DNA from: an uncultured Acidobacteriota bacterium | Lineage (GTDB): Bacteria; Acidobacteriota; Thermoanaerobaculia; UBA5066; Gp7-AA6 | Reading direction: 5' to 3' | Assembly (NCBI GenBank): GCA_963773905.1 | Contig: CAVZDB010000005.1 | Location: 181,624-245,623 of the forward strand | Length of the DNA: 64,000 nucleotides | Part shown: piece after piece, positions 8,344 through 19,401 of the stretch | How the letters are laid out: the number at the start of each line of letters is the position of its first letter | Numbering within the stretch: position 1 is the first letter of the stretch | Notes under the pieces: generated by a model | The model's input: the letters and a program-made list of their open reading frames with translations, nothing else | Told to the model about the DNA's origin: nothing | Database searches by the model: none | Made by a program: the position numbers and the translations under genes

Positions 8344-10385
8344 ATGCGCGACTCGCTCTCCCGCGGCCTTCCCCGGCTGTTCGCTCTGCTCGCCGCTCTC
8401 GCGGTCCTGCCGCCCGACGCCGCGCGAGCCGCCACGTCGTGGGCTCCCGTTGGGCCGACCGACGTCGGCATGATCCTGGCCATCGCCGGCGGCCGCAGCG
8501 CCATCTACGCCGCGACGTGCAATGGCATCTACCGCTCCGACGACGGCGCCGCGAGCTGGCACGAGAGGGGCCTGCAGCAGCATTGCGTGATCCGTCTCGC
8601 CGTCGACCCGCGGGGCGACGCCGACACCCTCTATGCGATCGTCGATCTTGGCCTCGTCTCGGCCGATCCCGAGCCCAGCGCCCTCGCGACTTCGGTCGTC
8701 ACTTTCTCGGGCCTTACCTTGTTTTCCACGCTGTGGGTCTCGATAGACGGCGGCCAATCGTGGTCGAACAGAGAGCTCGCGAGCGGCGATGCCCTCGCGG
8801 TCGATCTCACCCAGCCCGGGACCGCCTATGTGTCCAACGTCGACCCGATCTACGCGCCGCTGGCGGTGACCCACGATTTCGGAACGACGTGGAGGACCGT
8901 GCCGGACGCCCCGGGTACGCTCTTCTCACAGCTCGCGGTGGACCCCCGCGACGGAGTGCTTTATGGGGCAAGCGGCTTCCTCAGCACCCTTTCGGCAGGA
9001 GCGTGGTCCAACCTCGCGATTCCTGTAACTACCGTCGCCGTCGGCTCCGGTTCGGACGGCGCCGTCTACGCCGCCGGGCAGAATACGTTCTGCCGCAAGA
9101 CGAACGCCTCGTCATGGAAGTGCGGCGCGATTTCCGAAGGCACGGTGCTCGATATCCTGGAGATCCCCGCGCAGTCGCCCAGGGCCAGGGCCCGCGGGTC
9201 CTGGTGCTCGCCTTCGAGGGCATCCTGTCGAGCGACGACGGCGGCGCGAGCTTCTCGCTCGTGGCGAGCAGTCCGCCGGGTTTCACGCCCGTCGCCGCGC
9301 TCGATCCGTCCGGCGCGAGCGTATACGCCGGGAATGACATCGGCGTGTATCGCAGCGGGGATCGTGGCGCGACCTGGACGAAGTCGAGCGCCGGCTTGCG
9401 GTCGACGTGGGTTCGAGCCCTGGCGGTCGACTCCAAAGACCCGTCCACGATCTGGGCGGGTGCGGAGGCACGCATATCGGACGTCTTCCAGGTAGGTCCG
9501 GGGCTCTTCCGTTCGACCGATGGCGGCGACTCCTGGACGTCGGCCTCTGTGGCGGGCGAGCCCGGATACGTCTTCAGCCTCGGAATCGACCCCTCGAATC
9601 CGCGAAACCTCTTCACCGCATCGTTCAACAGGGTGGATCGCTCGACCGACGGAGGCGCGAGCTGGGGGGAGACCGGGTCCGGTATTTTTCGGGGCTTTGT
9701 TCACGCACTCGCCGCGGACCCGACATCCTCATCGGAGGTGTGGGCGGCCGGCGAAGGTTTGCAAGCGAGCGACGACGGCGGCGAGACCTGGAGGACCGCC
9801 CTGCCCGACAAGGTCTACAGCCTTCTCTTCGACTCCCGGCATCCCGGAACGATCTATGCCGGCGAGGCGGACCAGGGCTCCTACTATCCCTACGGCACAG
9901 GTTTTGCGGTTGCGACCAGTCGCGACGGCGGCGCCACCTGGAGGCGCGCGGGGAGCACGTCCGAAGGCGCAGTGACGGCGTTCGCGGCCGATCCGTTCAC
10001 CGACGGTGTCATCTACGCCGCCACGTACGTGGGAACGATCCTTCGAAGCACCGACTCCGGCGCCACCTGGACGCATTGGAATACGACGGATCTGGGATTC
10101 AACATCTTCACGCTCGTCGCCGACCCCATGCGATCCGGCTCTCTGTACCTCGGGGGATGGGCCGGCGCGTATCGCTCGCTGGACGGAGGCAAGAGCTGGG
10201 ATCCCTTCGTCGAGGGCCTCGAGCCCTATGGGGTGCTCGGGCTCGCCGTGTCTCCCGACGGCAGATTTCTGTACGCAGGCACGACCGGCGGCGGTGTGTT
10301 CCGCTCCGATCTCGTCTTGTCCGATCGCGCGCCGGTCAACCCGTTGAGCGGTGATCGAACGACGAGAGAGGTGATTCGGCCTTAG
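8344..10385 (+). CDS. Secreted Asp-box/BNR beta-propeller protein (sortilin/VPS10-like), frameshift near 9190
   Basis: Signal peptide and many SxDGGxTW repeats; colinear with the intact paralog at 22531-24576 once the frameshift is corrected. Confidence 0.8.
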
Positions 10386-10426
10386 GCGCGCCGAGGTCAG
10401 AGCGGATTCTCCGGGTCTGGGCTACT

Positions 10427-10936
10427 TCACTTCCCCGGAGCCGATGGGCAGGACATGCCTCCCACGATCTGCCATCCCGTTGAGGCCTTGATCCACGTGT
10501 GGGTGATTCGGGTCGTCTCGGGTGGCTCTCCCTTGCCGGTCTTGTCGGACCAGAACGCCGTCACCCAGTAGTGCGTGACGACGATGTTCTCGGTGGCCTG
10601 GCTGGCTGCCGGCTCGATCGAGTACCACTGCAGCCGGAGCCCCTTCTCCGTGGACGCGGTGATCCAGTCGGTGATGTGGTCCTTTCTCGCGGGCTGCGCG
10701 CTCGAGGAGGGCCAGCCGACGAAGTCCTGGTGCCACAGCGTTCGATAGCCGTCGAGGTCAGCCGCCTTCACGTAGCTCCAGTACGCGGTCTCCAACTTCC
10801 AGACCGCCTGCTCGTTCGCGGACTGCTGAGCGGCGGCGGGCAGCGCCGCGCAAAGGCCGGTAATCGCGAGCAGCAGCATTCTCTCGCCGAAATCCCGCCG
10901 CCGCCGCGCCAACGCGCGCTCTTCACGAAGCCTCAT
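10427..10936 (-). CDS. Secreted NTF2-like (DUF4440-type) protein
   Basis: Signal peptide, LWHQDFVGWP and RITHTW...WQIVGGMS; start uncertain. Confidence 0.7.
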   Translation of the reverse strand: MRLREERALARRRRDFGERMLLLAITGLCAALPAAAQQSANEQAVWKLETAYWSYVKAADLDGYRTLWHQDFVGWPSSSAQPARKDHITDWITASTEKGLRLQWYSIEPAASQATENIVVTHYWVTAFWSDKTGKGEPPETTRITHTWIKASTGWQIVGGMSCPSAPGK

Positions 10937-11158
10937 GTCTCCTCCTCTGCTGAGAGTGGATGCAGGAGATCAGGTCGATCGCGGGGAATCAAGAGGAGCG
11001 CCGGAGCCGCAGCGCTCGTCCGCGGCGGCGGGGATCCTGCAAAGACCGTGGACCTTCGGGCAAGAGAGCAATGGCGGCAAGATCCAGGTCGAAGCCGAAG
11101 TCGAAGACGCTGCGGTTCCCCAAGATTCGGAGACCGACGCCGGCTTGAAGGGGGCGGA

Positions 11159-11186
11159 GGGGCCAGTCCTGATTTCTGATTTCGGG
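11159..11186 (+). repeat. GGGGTCA-family site (degenerate)
   Basis: ggggccagtcctgatttctgatttcggg versus ggggtcagtcctgatctctgaactcggg at 35282. Confidence 0.7.
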
Positions 11187-11246
11187 AGCTCCTCACGAGC
11201 AGACCAGGACCGACCCTCCCCTTCCGATGTCAACGACCTCTTCGGC

Positions 11247-11675
11247 TCACCGCGCGCGAGGCGAGGACACCGTCAGCTTGAAGCCGTCGGGGTCGATCAG
11301 CCGAAAGACTCGCGTTCCGTAGGGCGTGTCGAGGGGCCCGTCCGCGATCGAGCCTCCCCGATCCACGATGCGCGCCGCGATCGCGTCGATGTTCTGCTCG
11401 GTCGTGAATTGCACCGAGAAGCCTTCGCCCTTGACCCGCTCCCAGCCTTTGGCGCCGTCGTCCTGACCGATCACGATCTGCACGTCGCCCGCCCTCAGGG
11501 ACACCGCCCTGAGCTTTCCGTCGCGCTCGTGTTTCTCGTCGATCGTGAGGCCGAGAACGTCCCGATACCAGGCCGTGCTCCTCGCGAGATCCTTCACCGT
11601 CAGGGACACCCTCAGGGCGCTCGCCCGGAACGGCTGGACGGCAATGCGTTCGTCGACAGGGGATTCCGTCGTCAT
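11247..11675 (-). CDS. VOC/glyoxalase family protein
   Basis: LTVKDLARSTAWYRDVLG and TPYGTRVFRLIDPDGFKL; ATG at 11675 preceded by GGAGG. Confidence 0.85.
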   Translation of the reverse strand: MTTESPVDERIAVQPFRASALRVSLTVKDLARSTAWYRDVLGLTIDEKHERDGKLRAVSLRAGDVQIVIGQDDGAKGWERVKGEGFSVQFTTEQNIDAIAARIVDRGGSIADGPLDTPYGTRVFRLIDPDGFKLTVSSPRAR

Positions 11676-11920
11676 GAGACCTCCTCCATGCAGGTGGCCG
11701 AGACTCGACCAGACCGGATCGTATCGCGTCGCGTTCGCCACTCCGACCGACCGCGCCGTCACCCTGCCGAACTCTCTCAGAGAATCAGCCCTGGCTCCAT
11801 TCCCGGTCCATCCGGGCCGGCGGGCCGCTGTCACGTTTCGCCGCGCTGCGCGGTCTTCTCCTTTGGCCGGGTTGAGAGTCGTCGAAAACGATCGGGCCCG
11901 GCCGGGAAAGGGGACCTGCC

Positions 11921-12403
11921 GTGTCATCGGAGACGAAAGCCAACAAAGACAAGAGGATCTACTGGATCGCGACGGGGCTCGTGTGCGGGGTCATGGCCTA
12001 CAGCGCCGTCAATTTCAACCTGAAGCATCCGCTGGGACCGATGAAGGACGCCTTCCATCATCTTCTCCTCCCGGACTACTTCCGCATCGAGCTGACGGCC
12101 GCGAAGGTGCTGGGCGTCCTGGCCATGCTCCTTCCGGGGGTGCCGTCGAAGATTCGCGAGTTCACGTACTTCGGGTTCGGGATCACGCTGATCTCGGCCG
12201 CGATCGCGCACTTCTCCGTGGGCGACCCGGCCTTCTTCGTGATAGATCCGTTGCTGTTCTTCGGAGCCCTGGTCACGTCGTACGTCTACTTCTTCAAGCT
12301 CGGCCGGCGCGAACCGGATCGCACACGCCGCCGGACCGCTCGAGAGAATTCCTCCGACGACCCGCTCGCGGCGTCCGGATCCGCGATGAGCCAGTCCGCC
12401 TGA
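11921..12403 (+). CDS. DoxX family membrane protein
   Basis: IYWIATGL, LPDYFRIEL, AKVLG, REFTYFGF and AHFSVGD motifs. Confidence 0.85.
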   Translation: MSSETKANKDKRIYWIATGLVCGVMAYSAVNFNLKHPLGPMKDAFHHLLLPDYFRIELTAAKVLGVLAMLLPGVPSKIREFTYFGFGITLISAAIAHFSVGDPAFFVIDPLLFFGALVTSYVYFFKLGRREPDRTRRRTARENSSDDPLAASGSAMSQSA

Positions 12404-12410
12404 GGGCGCG

Positions 12411-13350
12411 ATGACGAACGACCCGCCGGACGCCTCCGGATCGCTGCCGAAGCCCAAGTCCGAGCCCGACGGGTCGCGCGCGCTCGCTGTCTTCGAGGAG
12501 CACCGCCGGCTCCTCTTCTCGATCGCGTACCGCATGCTCGGGAGCGTGGCCGACGCGGAGGATGCCGTCCAGGAGACCTTCCTGCGCTGGCGGAAGGCGT
12601 CCGAGGATCGAGATCCGCTCGCCGAAGGCCTTTCTCGTCACGATCGTGAGCCGCCTCTGCATCAACCAGCTCGAGTCCGCGCGCGTGCGGCGCGAGGAGT
12701 ACGTGGGCGAGTGGCTGCCGGAACCGCTCGTAACGGACCCGGGAGGCGACGCCGGCGAGGCGGTTCGCGTGGACGAGTCCGTCTCGATGGCGCTGATGCT
12801 CCTGCTCGAACGCCTCACCCCGGCGGAACGCGCGGTCTTCCTGCTCCACGAGGTCTTCGACTACCCCCACGCGGAGATCGCGGAGGCGCTCGGCGTGACC
12901 GAGGCCAACTCGCGGCAGCTCTTGAGGCGGGCGCGGCAGGACGTCCGCCTGACGCGTCCCCGGTTCCGGCCGCCGACCGGCGAGCACCTCGAGCTCCTCC
13001 AGCGCTTCTCCGACGCGGCCGGCCGCGGCGACATGGAGCGGCTGGTTTCGCTCCTCTCGGGCGACGTCGTCATGCATACCGACGGAGGCGGCCGCGCGTC
13101 GGCGCTCCTCCTCCCGATCCAGGGCCCCGAGAAGGTCGCGACCGCGGCCGTGCACGGCCTCCGAAGGCTCCTGGAGCTCGGCGTGACGCAGCGGTTCGTC
13201 GAGATCAACGGCCTGCCCGGCGTCGTGAGCTACCGGGACGGGCGGCCGCAGTCGGTGTTCACGATGGAGGCGCGGGACGGCCGCATCCACGCGATCTACG
13301 TCGTGACCAATCCCGAGAAGCTGTCCCACCTGCCGCCGCCGCCGAGCTGA
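12411..13350 (+). CDS. ECF sigma factor of SigJ/ECF41 type with C-terminal SnoaL-like domain, frameshift near 12600
   Basis: LFSIAYRMLGSVADAEDAVQE in one frame; YVGEWLPEP, DGGG and NPEKL in the next. Confidence 0.88.
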
Positions 13351-13375
13351 ACGGAGTCGGCGCGGGCCGCTCGGC

Positions 13376-13678
13376 CTACCGAATCGGGTCGATCGGAGTG
13401 CGCCGGGGCTCCTTGCCGAATCGGATCCGCGATCGCTCGATGTGCTTCTTGATCTCGACGTCGCGGTCTCTCGGCGGGGCGCCGGTGACCCATCCCCGGA
13501 TCAGCCGCTCCGCGGCCGCGGCCACCTCGTCCACGGCGCGCTGGAACAGTTCCTCGTTCGCCTTCGACGGCTTGTTGGCGCCGCTGATCTTGCGAACGAA
13601 CTGGAGGGACGAGGCCCGGATCTCGGCCTCGGTCGACGGCGGAGCGAAATTGGCGAGCGTTCGGATGTTGCGGCACAT
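13376..13678 (-). CDS. DUF2277 family protein
   Basis: MCRNIRTLANFAPP...EIRASSLQFVRKISG signature. Confidence 0.85.
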   Translation of the reverse strand: MCRNIRTLANFAPPSTEAEIRASSLQFVRKISGANKPSKANEELFQRAVDEVAAAAERLIRGWVTGAPPRDRDVEIKKHIERSRIRFGKEPRRTPIDPIR

Positions 13679-13742
13679 GGGGAGACTGTAACCGGAGAAC
13701 GAGACGCAGGAATACGCGATTGACCTCGAGGGCGTGCCTAGA

Positions 13743-14249
13743 ATGGCCTTCATGAAGAGACACCCTCGCCGGCTGATCTTGCGCATCCTCGCTGCGATGC
13801 TCCTCCTCATCCCCTGCAGCTCTCTCGCCTTCTCCCAGGATGCCGGCCGGCTGCGATCCCAGGCCGCCGGCTCGCCGGGACAGGAGGAGCTGGCCGTGCG
13901 CGAGGCCGAGGCGCGGTGGGTGGAGGCTCTCGATCGCCGGGATGGCGCGGCGCTTCAGGCGCTCCTGGACGAGGACTTCGTGGACGTCACGTGGAAGGGC
14001 GAGGTTCGGGATCGCCGCGCGGCGATCGCGGCCCTGAGCGCTCCGGGACGCCCGTCGATGACGCAGACGCTTGCGGAGGTCCGCGTCCGATTCGCCGTCC
14101 CGGACGTCGCGGTCGTCACGGGCTTGAACGCGATCTCGAGCAAGGCGCCCGAGTTCACGGCTCGCATCCGGTTCACCGACGTCTTCGTGAAGCGAGGAGG
14201 CGCCTGGAGGGCTCTGTCGGCACAGGAGACGCTCGAGCGGGCCCAGTGA
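13743..14249 (+). CDS. Secreted NTF2-like (DUF4440) protein
   Basis: Signal peptide, LLDEDFVDV and RFTDVFVKRGGAWR. Confidence 0.8.
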   Translation: MAFMKRHPRRLILRILAAMLLLIPCSSLAFSQDAGRLRSQAAGSPGQEELAVREAEARWVEALDRRDGAALQALLDEDFVDVTWKGEVRDRRAAIAALSAPGRPSMTQTLAEVRVRFAVPDVAVVTGLNAISSKAPEFTARIRFTDVFVKRGGAWRALSAQETLERAQ

Positions 14250-14331
14250 GGGACAAGGCTCTCTGCACGCAGATCACCAGATCGAAGCCGACCTGGCCCG
14301 CAGGCGACCCCGCGTCGGATAGCATCGCTCC

Positions 14332-14631
14332 ATGGCCGACAAACTCAGGACGTCCTTCGAGCTCGCGATGGAACGGCTCCGTGAAGCCGATCCGGCCGGC
14401 GGCAAGGGAAAGCCCCTGACCTCCGCGCAGAAGGAGAAGATCGCCGAGGCCAGGCGCGTCGCCTCTTCGCGTCTGGCGGAGGTCGAGATTCTCTTCAACG
14501 ATCCTCTGAAGCGGCTCCGCGACCCCGCCGAGCAGGAGAAGGCCGAGGCCGAATACCAGATCGACCGGCAGCGGATCAATGCGGACCTCGAGCGCGCGAT
14601 CGAGTCGATCCGGCGAGGGGGTCAGTCCTGA
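14332..14631 (+). CDS. Conserved hypothetical protein; stop codon lies within a GGGGTCAGTCCTGA site
   Basis: SFELAMERL N-terminus; ends GGQS* encoded across the site at 14618-14631. Confidence 0.7.
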   Translation: MADKLRTSFELAMERLREADPAGGKGKPLTSAQKEKIAEARRVASSRLAEVEILFNDPLKRLRDPAEQEKAEAEYQIDRQRINADLERAIESIRRGGQS

Positions 14632-14655
14632 CGGTTCGGATCGACCCGACCTCTC

Positions 14656-15429
14656 ATGGCTCGCATCTTCATCACCGGCTCGACTGACGGGCTCGGGCTC
14701 GCCGCCGCCCGCACTCTGATCGACGAGGGCCACGAGGTCGTGCTGCACGCGCGCAGCCAGGAGCGCGCGGCCGCTCTTTCCGAGCTGGCCGCGCGAGCCG
14801 AGTGTCCGGGCGTGGCCACCGGCGACCTCAGCAGCGCCGCCGAGACCCGCGCCGTCGCCGACCAGGTCAACGCGCTCGGCCGCATGGACGCCGTCATCCA
14901 CAATGCCGGCGTCTATCTGGAGCCGGCGCGCGGAAGGACACCCGAGGGTCACGCCCGGACGCTCGCCATCAACGTCCTCGCTCCCTACCTGCTGACGGCG
15001 TGGATTGACCGACCGGACCGCCTCGTCTACACCAGCAGCGGGATGCACCGCGGAGGCGACGGCTCGCTCTACGACGTCGACTGGATCGAGCGGCGCTGGA
15101 ACGCCAGCCACGCGTACTCCGAGAGCAAGCTCTATCTCACCGCGCTCGCGTTTGCCGTCGCGCGCCGCTGGCCGGACGTGTTGAGCAACGCCGTCGACCC
15201 GGGCTGGGTCCCGACGAAGATGGGCGGGGCCGGCGCTCCCGACGATCTCGAGATGGGGCACCTCACCCAGACCTGGCTCGCCGTCAGCAACGATCCCGCG
15301 GCAAGAGTCAGCGGCGGGTACTGGCATCACCGGAAACGGCAGACGCCGGCCGCGGAGGCTCCCGATGCCGGCTTCCAGGACCGGCTCGCCGAGAAACTCG
15401 CTGAGCTCACGGGCACGGCGCTCTTCTAG
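14656..15429 (+). CDS. SDR family oxidoreductase
   Basis: TGSTDGLG, HNAG, YSESK and VDPGWVPTKMGG motifs. Confidence 0.9.
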   Translation: MARIFITGSTDGLGLAAARTLIDEGHEVVLHARSQERAAALSELAARAECPGVATGDLSSAAETRAVADQVNALGRMDAVIHNAGVYLEPARGRTPEGHARTLAINVLAPYLLTAWIDRPDRLVYTSSGMHRGGDGSLYDVDWIERRWNASHAYSESKLYLTALAFAVARRWPDVLSNAVDPGWVPTKMGGAGAPDDLEMGHLTQTWLAVSNDPAARVSGGYWHHRKRQTPAAEAPDAGFQDRLAEKLAELTGTALF

Positions 15430-15516
15430 CTTCCAGGCAACGTACCCAAGCAATCTCCGCCGCCGCGGCCTGTGGAAAAGGAGGACGCGATCATCCCAGC
15501 CAGAGGGAAAGGGTGT

Positions 15517-15651
15517 CCCCTCACCCCAGCCCGAGGGAGATCACGAGAGTCCGTGCGGCTACCAACGTCTCCTCTCCCGCCGGGAGAGGGAGTTTGTGCA
15601 GCTATCAAGTCTCCTCTCCCCCCGGCGGTGGGAGAGGCACGGTGAGGGGGG
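15517..15651. repeat. CCCTCACCC palindromic repeat, copy 3
   Basis: cccctcacccc...gggagaggcacggtgaggggg between convergent genes. Confidence 0.7.
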
Positions 15652-15669
15652 CGAATCGCCCGACGACAT

Positions 15670-16122
15670 CTACGCCTTCTCGATCAAGGCCGTCTTGCGC
15701 TCCTCCATTTCCTCTCCGAGCTGTTCCAGCATCTCCTTCGTCAGACGCTTGCGGGTGTTCGGAAAGAGCTCGCCTTCCTCTTCCTTGACGTGGTGCTCGA
15801 TGTTTTCCTTCAGGACGGTCACCTTGGCGTCGTACTGCTCGTCCTCGGGCTTCATCCTCGAGATCTCCTCCATCAGGAGCTTCGCGACGTGGTGCTCCTC
15901 ATCGGCCTCGCGAATCTCGTCCTTGAGCTCCTCGGAGGGCTGCGACTTGACCGTGGGATAGAAGATCGACTCTTCGATGTCCATATGGACCAGCAGCTCG
16001 CTCCTGATCGTCTCGAAAATCGCCTGCTTGGTCCGGTAGGCGGCATCGCCCGCGGCTTCGAACTGCTCGAAGAGCTTCTTCACGGCGTCGTGATCCTTGG
16101 TGAGAAGGGTCGTTGCGTCCAT
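15670..16122 (-). CDS. Hemerythrin domain protein
   Basis: LLTKDH, HMDIEESIFYP, EEH and HHVKEEEGELFP motifs; ATG at 16122. Confidence 0.9.
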   Translation of the reverse strand: MDATTLLTKDHDAVKKLFEQFEAAGDAAYRTKQAIFETIRSELLVHMDIEESIFYPTVKSQPSEELKDEIREADEEHHVAKLLMEEISRMKPEDEQYDAKVTVLKENIEHHVKEEEGELFPNTRKRLTKEMLEQLGEEMEERKTALIEKA

Positions 16123-16229
16123 TTGCGGTTCCTTTCTGAATGACGACTCTCGGCGGCTTCGGGCCGCCTGCTGGGCCCAATGCACGAATCCGGCCAAGGC
16201 ACGGATCCCAACGTCGGCGCTCGACCCGT

Positions 16230-16442
16230 CTAGACGGGGCGGGCTCGGCGCGCATGCGGACCGCCCAGGAGGCGGCCCGGAAGCAGGATGATCGCGGTGA
16301 GCAGGCGGACACCTTCCACCGTGATTCCCACGAGGCGAAAGGGAAGAAGAAGGAGCCACACGAGCGGGTAGAGAGCCAGCGCGAGAAGCGCGAGCGGCCA
16401 GCAGAGGACGAGGAGCAGCAGCCAGACGAGGAAGGTCGCCAT
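16230..16442 (-). CDS. Small hydrophobic membrane protein
   Basis: LLLLVLCWPLALLALALYPLVWLLLLPFRLVG. Confidence 0.65.
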   Translation of the reverse strand: MATFLVWLLLLVLCWPLALLALALYPLVWLLLLPFRLVGITVEGVRLLTAIILLPGRLLGGPHARRARPV

Positions 16443-16543
16443 ATTGTCCATTACGGCGACAGCGCCAGAAAGTTCGCGCGAGTGCCCCCAGCGGGAATCC
16501 AGGGCCCTCTCGGACGCTTAATTGGAAAGGGAGGTCCTGATCC

Positions 16544-17105
16544 ATGTCCCAACGTGCATCTGCCGGCCATTCCGATCGCCGGCGCGCCGAGCTGCTCGCC
16601 GATCGAATCGAGGAGGGAGCCGCGAAGCTCGCCGCCTTCGTGGAGAGTCTCTCGGACGCGCAGTGGCATCAGCCGGTCAGCGCCACGGACCGCCGGCCGA
16701 TCGGTGTCGTCGTCCACCACGTCGCCTACATCTATCCGATCGAGATCGAGGCCGCCCGCGCCATCGGCCGCGGCAAGGCGGTGGAGACGGCGTGGCCGGC
16801 CATCAACGTGCTCAACGCCCGCCACGCCGCCGACAATGCGGCCGTCAGCAGGGCCGAGGCGCTCGAGATCCTCGCCCGGAACAGCCGCGAGGCGGCGGCC
16901 GCGGTGCGAGCGTTCACGGACGAAGAGCTGGATCGCGCGGCACCGTTCGGCCTGAGCGACGGCGCGCCGGTCACGGCGCAGTACGTCATCGAGGACCACG
17001 CGCTGCAGCCACGCGTGGCATCACCTGGCGAAGATCCGCGACGCCGTCGGGAGCGAAACCGCGCTGAGCGGCCGCACGGCGGCGCCGCTCGGAGCGCCGC
17101 GATGA
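16544..17105 (+). CDS. DinB-like four-helix hypothetical protein, frameshift near 17008
   Basis: VVVHHVA; removing one base gives EDHALRHAWHHLAKIR and a TGA overlapping the next ATG (ATGA 17102-17105). Confidence 0.65.
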
Positions 17106-18566
17106 CCGCGCATGCGGTGGTGATCGCCGGCGGAGGGCCGACCGGATTGATGCTGGCCGGCGAGCTCGCGCTGGCGGGGATCGACGCCGCCGTCGTCGAG
17201 CGTCGTCCGAACCAGGACCTCGCCGGCAGGCGCGCGGGCGGTCTGCACGCGCGCACCATCGAGGTCCTCGACCAGCGCGGGATCGCCGATCGGTTCGTCT
17301 CCCGGGGAAAGACGTATCCGGTCGTGAGCTTCCACACCCCGTTGGACATCGGCGATTTTCCGAGCCGCCACAACTACATCCTCGGGCTCACGCAGAACCA
17401 CATCGAGCGCATCCTGGCCGAGTGGGTCGGCGAGCTGGCGGTGCCGATCTACCGCGGATGCGAAGTGACGGGTTTCGCGCAGGATCAGACCGGCGTCGAC
17501 GTCGCGGTCTCCGACGGCCGGCCGCTCCGGGCGGAGTACCTCGTCGGGTGCGACGGCGGCCGCAGCCGGATACGCAAGGCCGCCGGCATCGAGTTCCCCG
17601 GTTGGGATCCGTCGACGAGCTGGCTGATCGCCGAGGCCGAATGGACCGAGGAGCCCGCCTGGGGGTTCCGCGAGGACGCTCGCGGCATCCATGCCCTCGG
17701 CAAGATGGAGAAGGAAGGCGCGGTGGGGATCGTGCTCGTCGAACGGGAGATCGCGCACGCGGGAGAACCCACCCTGCGCGACGTCCGAGAGGCGCTCGTC
17801 TCCGTCTACGGGACCGACTACGGGATCCACAGTCCGACCTGGATCTCCCGGTTCACCGACATGGCGCGTCAGGCCGCCGCCTACCGCGACCGGCGTGTTC
17901 TCCTGGCCGGCGACTCCGCGCACGTGCATGCCCCGGTGGGCGGACAGGGCCTCAACATCGGCGTGCAGGATGCGGTGAACCTGGGATGGAAGCTGGCGCA
18001 GGTGGTCAAGCGGATTTCGCCGGAGAGCCTCCTCGACACGTACCATGCCGAGCGCCACCCGGTCGCCGCGCGCGTGCTGCGCAACACGATGGCACTGGTC
18101 GCGCTTCGACGGACGGACGACCGCACCCGGGCCCTGAAGGAAATCCTTTCCGAGCTCGTCGGCATGGACGAGCCGCGCCGGCAACTCGCCGGCATGATGT
18201 CCGGCCTGGACGTGCGTTACGACCTCGGCGAGGGACACCCGCTGCTGGGACGCCGCATGCCGGACCTCGACCTGGTCACCGCAAACGGGCCGCTGCGCGT
18301 CTTCACCCTGCTGCACGGTGCCCGGCCCGTGCTGCTCAACCTCGGCGAGCCCGGCGGCATCGACATCGCTCCCTGGGCGGATCGCGTCCGGTCGGTCGAC
18401 GCCCGTTACGCTGGCCAATGGGAGCTCCCGGTGATCGGAGCGGTCTCTGCTCCCACCGCCGTGTTGATTCGGCCCGACGGATACGTGGCATGGGTGGGAC
18501 GAAGGGACTCAGGCGGGACTCGCCGACGCGCTCACGACGTGGTTTGGACCGCCGGCCGAATCGTAG
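17102..18566 (+). CDS. FAD-dependent aromatic monooxygenase (Rox/PheA-like class A flavoprotein), frameshift near 18500
   Basis: VIAGGGPTG, GCDGGRS, AGDSAHVH, GGQGLNIG and LIRPDGYVAW; C-terminus LADALTTWFG in another frame ending at TAG 18564-18566. Confidence 0.85.
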
Positions 18567-18616
18567 GGCGTAGCGGCATCGGGGTCCTGGTGCCTTCTCC
18601 TCGCTATGATCTGCCC

Positions 18617-19159
18617 GTGCGGATCCAGACCGATCGTCTCGAGCTCGTCGCGGCGACGCTCGCCCACATCGAGGCGGACATGGAGTCTCCCGAGGGACTC
18701 GGCAGGCTGCTCGGGGCCACGGTCCCTCCGAGCTGGCCGCCGGGCGAGTACGACCGATCCGCCATGCAGTTCTTTCACGCTCGCCTCTCCGAGAGCCTGG
18801 ACGCCGTCGGCTGGTACGGCTGGTACGCGATTTATCGTCCCGACGGTGGCGACGCCACGGTGATAGGCGCGGCGGGATATCTCGGCCCTCCGGGTCCCGG
18901 CGGGGACGTGGAGATCGGCTACTCGATCGCGCCCGAGTTTCAGGCCCGCGCCTTCGCCACGGAGCTGGTCCACGCGCTGAGGGTGCGGGCGTTTTCGGCG
19001 GCGGGCGTCGAGCGGGTGATCGCCCACACGAATGCGACGAACGCCGCGTCCATAAAGGTCCTGGAGCGCTGCGGCTTCACGCAGGTCGGGCACGGAACCG
19101 AGCCGAACACCGTCCGGTACGAATGCCGGCGGCCGGGATCAGCGAATCGGGACTGCTGA
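18617..19159 (+). CDS. GNAT (RimJ/RimL-like) N-acetyltransferase
   Basis: IQTDRLELV, VEIGYSI and NAASIKVLERCGF motifs. Confidence 0.85.
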   Translation: MRIQTDRLELVAATLAHIEADMESPEGLGRLLGATVPPSWPPGEYDRSAMQFFHARLSESLDAVGWYGWYAIYRPDGGDATVIGAAGYLGPPGPGGDVEIGYSIAPEFQARAFATELVHALRVRAFSAAGVERVIAHTNATNAASIKVLERCGFTQVGHGTEPNTVRYECRRPGSANRDC

Positions 19160-19401
19160 TCGTTCTCTCGCCGCGCGAGACTGCTGCGCAACCTCGCCCG
19201 GCGGGACTCTCACCGGCTCACCGCTGGTCAGAATTTTGCATGATTCCCGATTGCCACCGCGACGCTCTCGACGAAGCGGCGAAGAAACGCCTGGGCGCTT
19301 GCGCGAACGGCCACGTCGCAGGATGCTTCGGCGGCGGAATCGCCAAGGGGACGCGTAGACCGGACCGTTCGCGTTGATCGAACACGAGGAGGCACCCGAA
19401 C

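Noticed and set aside
16544-19159. 871-aa DinB-monooxygenase-GNAT triple fusion in the ORF track
   Set aside because: The natural C-termini and stops of the first two genes exist in alternative frames (TGA ending 17105, TAG ending 18566); two indels create the read-through.
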